NCBI RefSeq assembly: GCF_000091665.1
Contig: NC_000909.1
Location: 1,404,118-1,436,117, forward strand
Reading direction: 5' to 3'
Origin: Methanocaldococcus jannaschii DSM 2661
Lineage (GTDB): Archaea > AGJL01 > Methanococci > Methanococcales > Methanocaldococcaceae
DNA length: 32,000 nt
Position numbers and translations under genes: made by a program. The notes beneath the pieces are model-generated. The model did no database searches, had not been told where the DNA came from, and worked only from the letters and a program-made list of their open reading frames with translations. Below are positions 27,133 through 32,000 of the stretch, one piece after another (positions within the stretch are counted from its first letter, which is position 1; each line of letters begins with the position of its first letter).

Positions 27133-27384
27133 TTAATCTCCTTTTCCTTCAATCTCTATAACCTTTACATGGATTGGATGCTCTTTAAGTTGCTGATAAA
27201 CTTTCTCAGCCGCTCTCCTTGACCTTGCAAGCATGACAAAAGCGACATCTCCTTTGTATCTTGCCTCTGTAAATGATAAGATATCTCCTCTTGCTATTCC
27301 TTCTCCAATTATTCTCCTAATTAAATCCTCATACTTTGTAGCATGTTTTTCTGGAATATTTAACAAAATCCCATAAATCATCAT
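27133..27384 (-). CDS. Small conserved hypothetical protein (83 aa)
   Basis: ORF with protein-like composition, 20 nt downstream of the 233-aa gene on the same strand. GAGGTGAG upstream of the ATG. Confidence 0.6.
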   Translation of the reverse strand: MMIYGILLNIPEKHATKYEDLIRRIIGEGIARGDILSFTEARYKGDVAFVMLARSRRAAEKVYQQLKEHPIHVKVIEIEGKGD

Positions 27385-27404
27385 CTCACCTCAAAAAATT
27401 TTAT

Positions 27405-28106
27405 TTATTCAGAAACCTTTAAGATTCCCAAGGTTTGTTCTACTTTTTTAGCTATATCTAAGTCAAATAAGGCAATTGTTGGCAACAGCCAGCTAAATCT
27501 ATATCTTGGTTCTCCATCTTTTGTTTCTCCATAGTATGCAAATGACAACCTTCCAAAACCAGTTTCTTTCTCAACCTTTCTTGCACTTCTTATAAACCTT
27601 CTTGCAACGTTTGGCAATTCTTCATAAGATAATGGCTTTCCTCCAACACCATTCTGCATGGAAAGTTCTAAACTAATTCCAACGTTCTTTATTGCTTTTA
27701 TTATGTTTGCTAATTTATTCTTTTTAAGGAAAGCTAACAATAAAGTAGCTGCTGGAACTCTTAAAACTTCTGTGTTTTTTCCATCTTCATCTCTTAATTG
27801 ACAGACAATATATGCTTTACCCATCTCCATTTCTATGTGTGCATAGAGCTCAGTGTTTTTTGGCAATTCTTGAAGAACTTCGATAACTTCATACTCCTTT
27901 CCATCCTTTGAAAACTTATCTCCAGCTTTTCTTTCATCTAATTCAACAGTGAAATATGTTTCTTTTCCATCTACTTTACCAAATATTAAGTCAAATCCCC
28001 ATCTCTTCAATGATTTTAACTTAAATTCTCTCTCCTTCTCTGGATTTCCTAATGTCTCAAAAACTAAGGTATTTATCATCTCTACTTCTTTTGCATCTAC
28101 AACCAC
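27405..28106 (-). CDS. Conserved hypothetical protein (233 aa)
   Basis: Long ORF with balanced composition; probably co-transcribed with the 83-aa gene. No motif recognised. Confidence 0.65.
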   Translation of the reverse strand: MVVDAKEVEMINTLVFETLGNPEKEREFKLKSLKRWGFDLIFGKVDGKETYFTVELDERKAGDKFSKDGKEYEVIEVLQELPKNTELYAHIEMEMGKAYIVCQLRDEDGKNTEVLRVPAATLLLAFLKKNKLANIIKAIKNVGISLELSMQNGVGGKPLSYEELPNVARRFIRSARKVEKETGFGRLSFAYYGETKDGEPRYRFSWLLPTIALFDLDIAKKVEQTLGILKVSE

Positions 28107-28193
28107 AATATCACCTTTTTATTCATATTTTTTATTGAAAATTTAACTATTTGTAAATGTGTTTGAAGTTCTATAAAAAATTTTCTATAATCG

Positions 28194-28211
28194 ATAAATT
28201 TATAAATTTAT
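28194..28211. promoter_or_regulatory. 18-bp perfect AT palindrome in a divergent promoter region
   Basis: ATAAATTTATAAATTTAT equals its own reverse complement. It lies between the divergent starts at 28106 (-) and 28266/28278 (+). Confidence 0.35.
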
Positions 28212-28265
28212 TTTGTCATATTCATTGATAAAAAATATAAATGAGAGGAATATAACATTTTTTTG

Positions 28266-29384
28266 ATGGTGAGAGTTATGAGATACAAGAAAGTACCAGT
28301 TAAAAAAATAGTTAATAAAATTATTGATGAATGTGATGTCATCTTATTGGTATTAGATGCAAGAGACCCAGAGATGACAAGAAACAGAGAGTTGGAGAAA
28401 AAAATCAAAGCAAAAGGTAAAAAGCTAATCTATGTATTAAATAAGGCTGATTTAGTTCCAAAAGATATTTTAGAAAAATGGAAAGAAGTTTTTGGGGAAA
28501 ATACAGTATTTGTATCTGCTAAGAGAAGATTGGGAACAAAAATTTTGAGAGAGATGATAAAACAATCCTTAAAAGAAATGGGTAAAAAAGAAGGAAAAGT
28601 TGGAATTGTTGGTTATCCAAACGTTGGAAAATCATCCATTATTAACGCATTAACTGGAAAAAGAAAAGCTTTAACTGGAAGTGTAGCTGGTTTAACCAAA
28701 GGAGAGCAGTGGGTTAGATTAACTAAAAATATTAAGCTTATGGACACTCCTGGAGTTTTGGAGATGAGAGATGAGGATGATTTGGTTATAAGTGGAGCTT
28801 TGAGATTGGAAAAAGTAGAAAACCCTATTCCTCCAGCTTTAAAGATTTTAAGTAGGATAAATAACTTTGATAACTCAATAATAAAAGAATACTTTGGAGT
28901 TGATTATGAAGAGGTTGATGAAGAGTTATTAAAAAAGATTGGAAATAAAAGGAGTTATTTAACCAAAGGTGGAGAAGTTGATTTAGTTAGAACAGCTAAG
29001 ACAATTATAAAAGAATATCAGGATGGAAAACTCAACTACTACAAAGTAGATTTAAAGAAGTATGGGCAAGATAGAGAAAGGGATATATCATTTATAACCA
29101 AGTATTTAAAGGACTTTCCATTTATTGAAGATGCTAAAATGATTGTGACACATTTAAAGGACTTTGATGGGTTATACAAAAAGATAAAAAAACCTGTCTT
29201 AGGTTCTGAGGAAATAGATGGAAATATAGTTGTTGTATCTTTTGGGGAGAAAACAAAAGATGCTTGTAGGAAGAAGGTAGAAAATCTGTGTAGAGAGAGA
29301 AATATAGAGGTTTTATCCAAATTTGGAGATAAAATTGGAGCTAACAACATATACGTAGCTGTTGGTAAAAGAGTTAAAGAATAA
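28266..29384 (+). CDS. Circularly permuted GTPase (YlqF/YawG-like) with C-terminal extension
   Basis: Motif order G4 NKADL, then G1 GYPNVGKSS, then G3 DTPG. GGTGAG lies 4 nt before ATG 28278, so the true start may be 28278; the listed ORF starts at TTG 28263. Confidence 0.85.
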   Translation: MVRVMRYKKVPVKKIVNKIIDECDVILLVLDARDPEMTRNRELEKKIKAKGKKLIYVLNKADLVPKDILEKWKEVFGENTVFVSAKRRLGTKILREMIKQSLKEMGKKEGKVGIVGYPNVGKSSIINALTGKRKALTGSVAGLTKGEQWVRLTKNIKLMDTPGVLEMRDEDDLVISGALRLEKVENPIPPALKILSRINNFDNSIIKEYFGVDYEEVDEELLKKIGNKRSYLTKGGEVDLVRTAKTIIKEYQDGKLNYYKVDLKKYGQDRERDISFITKYLKDFPFIEDAKMIVTHLKDFDGLYKKIKKPVLGSEEIDGNIVVVSFGEKTKDACRKKVENLCRERNIEVLSKFGDKIGANNIYVAVGKRVKE

Positions 29385-29385
29385 T

Positions 29386-29397
29386 CTTGCTTTTTTA
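29386..29397 (+). terminator. Oligo-T terminator candidate after the GTPase gene
   Basis: CTTGCTTTTTT immediately after the stop codon. Confidence 0.35.
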
Positions 29398-29592
29398 GAG
29401 TTTATCCTTGTTTTAATGGACTATCGATTTAAACCCTTACTTTTTGCTCTTATTTTATACCTAAACTCCTATATATAGCTTTCTATTTTTATCCAAATTT
29501 TCTTAATACATGATTAAAACCTTTAAAAGATTAAGAAGAAATCTCAATAATTAGATAATGTTTAATATAATCCAAGATCTATTTAACCGTTT

Positions 29593-29659
29593 CCCGTTTC
29601 CATAGCTTACCATAGCATTTAATAACTTACTATACGAATCGGTAAGCTATGGAAATGGG
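29593..29659. repeat. Long hairpin: 19-bp stem (one G-T pair) with 29-nt loop
   Basis: CCCGTTTCCATAGCTTACC (29593-29611) pairs with GGTAAGCTATGGAAATGGG (29641-29659); the central 15 bp are perfect. It lies in a GC-enriched intergenic block. Confidence 0.7.
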
Positions 29660-29894
29660 TTGTCCTCAGCCCATAGCTTCATCGGGAACACCATTCCCTT
29701 CACTATAAGTTCATCAGACTTAGGACTGAACAGATACAGCCCCAAAATCCAAACTTCGTTAATATTTAGTATCAACATTTCGTCTCGAAGGCAAAGCCTC
29801 CTCATTAACATTATGATATAACAATACATATTACTATTTTAATAAAAAAACAATATTTATATTGTGATATTGTTTATTATGATATGCTACTGTA

Positions 29895-29988
29895 AGTTAT
29901 AGAAAATTAAAAACTGTTTCGAACCCTCCTTTTGGAAGACGTTTAAATATTCCATATTGATTTTAATAACTTTTCTAAAGACCGTATA
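29895..29988. repeat. Degenerate second copy of the 9070-9177 MITE-like element
   Basis: Core 29921-29948 vs 9111-9138 is 21/28 identical ungapped (GAAC..C..TTTGGAAG.CGTT.AAAT). Left edge AGTTATAG vs AGTTATATAG. Terminal inverted repeats decayed. Confidence 0.45.
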
Positions 29989-30078
29989 TATAGATTTATA
30001 TATAGATTTATGATTTCTATGGAGTTATTTTGAAGTTATTTTAGAGACATAAAAAATATAATAATAAAATATTATTGT

Positions 30079-31296
30079 TTATAACTCTTTCAAAATTCTT
30101 TTTAAAACATTCATATCACATTCAATCTTTATCGGCTCTTCACTTGCCCTTATAGCTGCATCTGGGTCTTTCAACCCATGCCCTGTTGTTATACAAACAA
30201 TTCTTTCATCTCTATCAATAATTCCTTCTTCTAATAACTTTTTAAGCCCAGCTATTGATGAAGCTGAAGCTGGTTCAACAAAAATTCCCTCTTTTCTTGC
30301 CAATAGCTTTTGAGCTTCAACAATCTCTTCATCAGTAACTGCTTCAGCATAACCTCCAGAGGAGTATATGGCATCTAAAGCCTTTGGGGCATTTACTGGA
30401 TTTCCAATCCTTATAGCTGTTGCAATTGTCTCTGGATTTTTATATGGGATGATGTCTTTAGCTCTCTTTCTAAATGCTTCAACAATTGGCTTAGCTCCAT
30501 CTGCCTGAATTCCGGTCATTTTTGGGAGTTCATCTATAATGCCAGTAATTTCAAATTCTTTAAATCCTTTCCATATAGCTGAGATGTTTCCAGCATTTCC
30601 AACTGGAACAATAACTCTATCTGGGACTTGCCAGTTTAATTGGTCACATATTTCAAATGCTATGGTTTTCTGTCCCTCTAATCTAAATGGATTTATTGAA
30701 TTTAATAAATAAATCAACTTCTCTTTTGCTAATTGTTTAACCATATCTAATGCATCATCAAAGTTCCCTTTGACTTGAATAACCTTAGCTCCATAGAACA
30801 TTGCTTGAGCTAACTTTCCTAAGGCAACTTTTCCTTCTGGTAATAGAACAATACATTTCTTTCCACTTCTTGCTGAGTAAGCGGCTAAAGAAGCGGATGT
30901 ATTTCCTGTTGAAGCACAGCCAACAACCTCAACACCCAACTCATTTGCCCTTGTTACTCCAACAGTCATCCCCCTATCTTTAAAGCTTCCAGTTGGATTA
31001 GCCCCTTCATTTTTTACATAGAGTTCTTTAATTCCAAGCTCTTTTTCCAAGTTGTTACATCTATATAATGGAGTTCCTCCTTCACATAGACTTACAATTT
31101 TACTTTCGTCTTTTACTGGTAAGTATTCCAAATATCTCCAGACTCCAATTTCTCTCTTTCTTAGTTTTTCTTCTGAAACTTTATCTTTAATCTCTTCATA
31201 ATCATAAATAATCTCCAATAAGCCACCACATTCGCAGGTGTAGATTATCTCATCCACATCGTAAGTTTTTCCACATTTAATACATCTTTGTAACAT
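30079..31296 (-). CDS. thrC: Threonine synthase
   Basis: PLP-Lys motif NPTGSFKDRG, N-terminal Zn-ribbon (CIKCGK...CECGG), 405 aa. GAGGTGG SD upstream. Confidence 0.95.
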   Translation of the reverse strand: MLQRCIKCGKTYDVDEIIYTCECGGLLEIIYDYEEIKDKVSEEKLRKREIGVWRYLEYLPVKDESKIVSLCEGGTPLYRCNNLEKELGIKELYVKNEGANPTGSFKDRGMTVGVTRANELGVEVVGCASTGNTSASLAAYSARSGKKCIVLLPEGKVALGKLAQAMFYGAKVIQVKGNFDDALDMVKQLAKEKLIYLLNSINPFRLEGQKTIAFEICDQLNWQVPDRVIVPVGNAGNISAIWKGFKEFEITGIIDELPKMTGIQADGAKPIVEAFRKRAKDIIPYKNPETIATAIRIGNPVNAPKALDAIYSSGGYAEAVTDEEIVEAQKLLARKEGIFVEPASASSIAGLKKLLEEGIIDRDERIVCITTGHGLKDPDAAIRASEEPIKIECDMNVLKRILKEL

Positions 31297-31316
31297 TATG
31301 CCACCTCATAACATTG

Positions 31317-31425
31317 AATAGGACTTTTGCAGTTTATAGATTTGTTAAGGTTACTTGATATCTAACGGTGTTATCATTCAATTAGAATTGTATTCTTGCG
31401 AAAGTCCTATTAGGCACTTTTAGGC
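31317..31425 (-). promoter_or_regulatory. Inverted plus direct repeat structure in the thrC upstream/leader region (alternative hairpins or another palindromic element)
   Basis: AATAGGACTTTTGCA (31317-31331) pairs with TGCGAAAGTCCTATT (31397-31411; 14 Watson-Crick pairs plus one G-T). A third copy, ATTAGGCACTTTTAGGC (31409-25), can pair locally with 31400-31408. Confidence 0.45.
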
Positions 31426-31599
31426 TTATATTAATTCTTTAAAATTTTATTAAGTTTTTGAAAAATGCTACATATTATTAAACATGCCACTATGTAACCA
31501 TGTATTATTAAATCTTTATGCATTAAATATTTATAGCAATACCTAATATTTAGCATTAAAAATTTAGAATCTATAAATAGAGTAAACACGAGATGTTAT

Positions 31600-32000
31600 C
31601 TTAAAACCTTATTAGTTCCCATCGAGGTTGTCAAGTTAACGATTTCATCCAGTTGTAGAACATCATGAAGCTTTTTATCCAGCTAATAACCGTATCGAAT
31701 TTACTATTATTTGGAAATCTATTGTAGAATACTTTAGTTCTTCGTTTGAGCACTGAGAAGAAGCTTTCTACGCAATTTCTTAGTCCGAATTTGACTCTTT
31801 CGAATTCTAAGCCTAATTTTCGCAACGCCCACGGATACCACTTTCCACCGTCAACTAAAATCTTTGGCTTATTCGAGCAAAATTTTAATATACTCTTAAC
31901 GAATAATATAGTATCGAGGTAATTTCTTGTCTTCGATATATAAACTCCTAAGCATTCTTTCGTTTCTACATCGATGGCAGACCATGCATAAATATATTTG
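31600..32000 (-). mobile_element. End of an IS element with DDE transposase (IS6/IS240-like, as I recall for the ISAMJ1 family); truncated by the window
   Basis: Manual translation of the minus strand is open from the window edge to the stop at 31631: ..[88 protein letters not shown]... It has D ... E-x6-K/R features. The ORF track shows only the last 64 aa because of its start-codon rule. Exact IS terminus not determinable. Confidence 0.75.

Noticed and set aside
29660-29722. Possible C/D-box sRNA on the minus strand: CTGATGA at 29717-29711, CGATGAA at 29684-29678, CTGA at 29669-29666, with 41 nt between the C and D boxes
   Set aside because: No acceptable D' box (GGGA at the expected place). 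The C' box is imperfect, the second guide is only ~9 nt, and the terminal stem is at most 3 bp. Kept only as a weak sub-hypothesis for the structured block.
29647-29829. 60-aa minus-strand ORF (MYCYIIMLMRRLCLRDEML...)
   Set aside because: Odd composition and no convincing start context. It coincides with the structured, repeat-rich block, so it is more likely non-coding.
29385-30078. Replication origin or orphan CRISPR leader/repeat in the long spacer
   Set aside because: No set of evenly spaced 25-37 bp repeats and no ORB-like repeated inverted elements. CCGTTTC only vaguely recalls the CRISPR repeat of this organism as I remember it, and no origin-associated gene lies nearby. Pure speculation.

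Overview
Strongly AT-rich, gene-dense archaeal chromosome segment. Several proteins are distinctive enough that I recognise the source as Methanocaldococcus jannaschii or a very close relative: the 71-aa Hfq-like Sm protein, FEN-1, GHMP-type archaeal shikimate kinase, bifunctional Fae-Hps, CobN, adenine deaminase, HisD, AroD and ThrC. From memory this is roughly the MJ1434-MJ1466 neighbourhood; no search was run. There are about 33 protein genes, mostly housekeeping (cobamide, aromatic/His/Thr amino acid synthesis, purine salvage, formaldehyde/RuMP, DNA repair). I found no rRNA, tRNA or CRISPR array. Accessory content is (i) a tightly packed type II restriction-modification pair between fae-hps and an FAD oxidoreductase, (ii) the end of an IS element at the right edge, and (iii) a layer of short palindromic repeat elements, probably the MJRE-type elements I recall being reported for this genome. 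One element sits in frame inside cobN. Three intergenic elements (upstream of aroK, downstream of pyrK, between the ACT-domain gene and ade) are each bracketed by a 30-35 bp imperfect direct duplication of the adjacent gene start or end. In each case one copy keeps the gene intact and the other is a decaying relic. That recurring long duplication is the most interesting signal I can support from the sequence. Other points worth a second look are a GC-enriched, strongly structured block in the 694-bp MJ1464/thrC spacer, a 108-bp MITE-like element with perfect 16-bp terminal inverted repeats, and an alternative-hairpin arrangement just upstream of thrC. I see no clear novel multi-gene system; the uncharacterised gene groups are flagged at low confidence.
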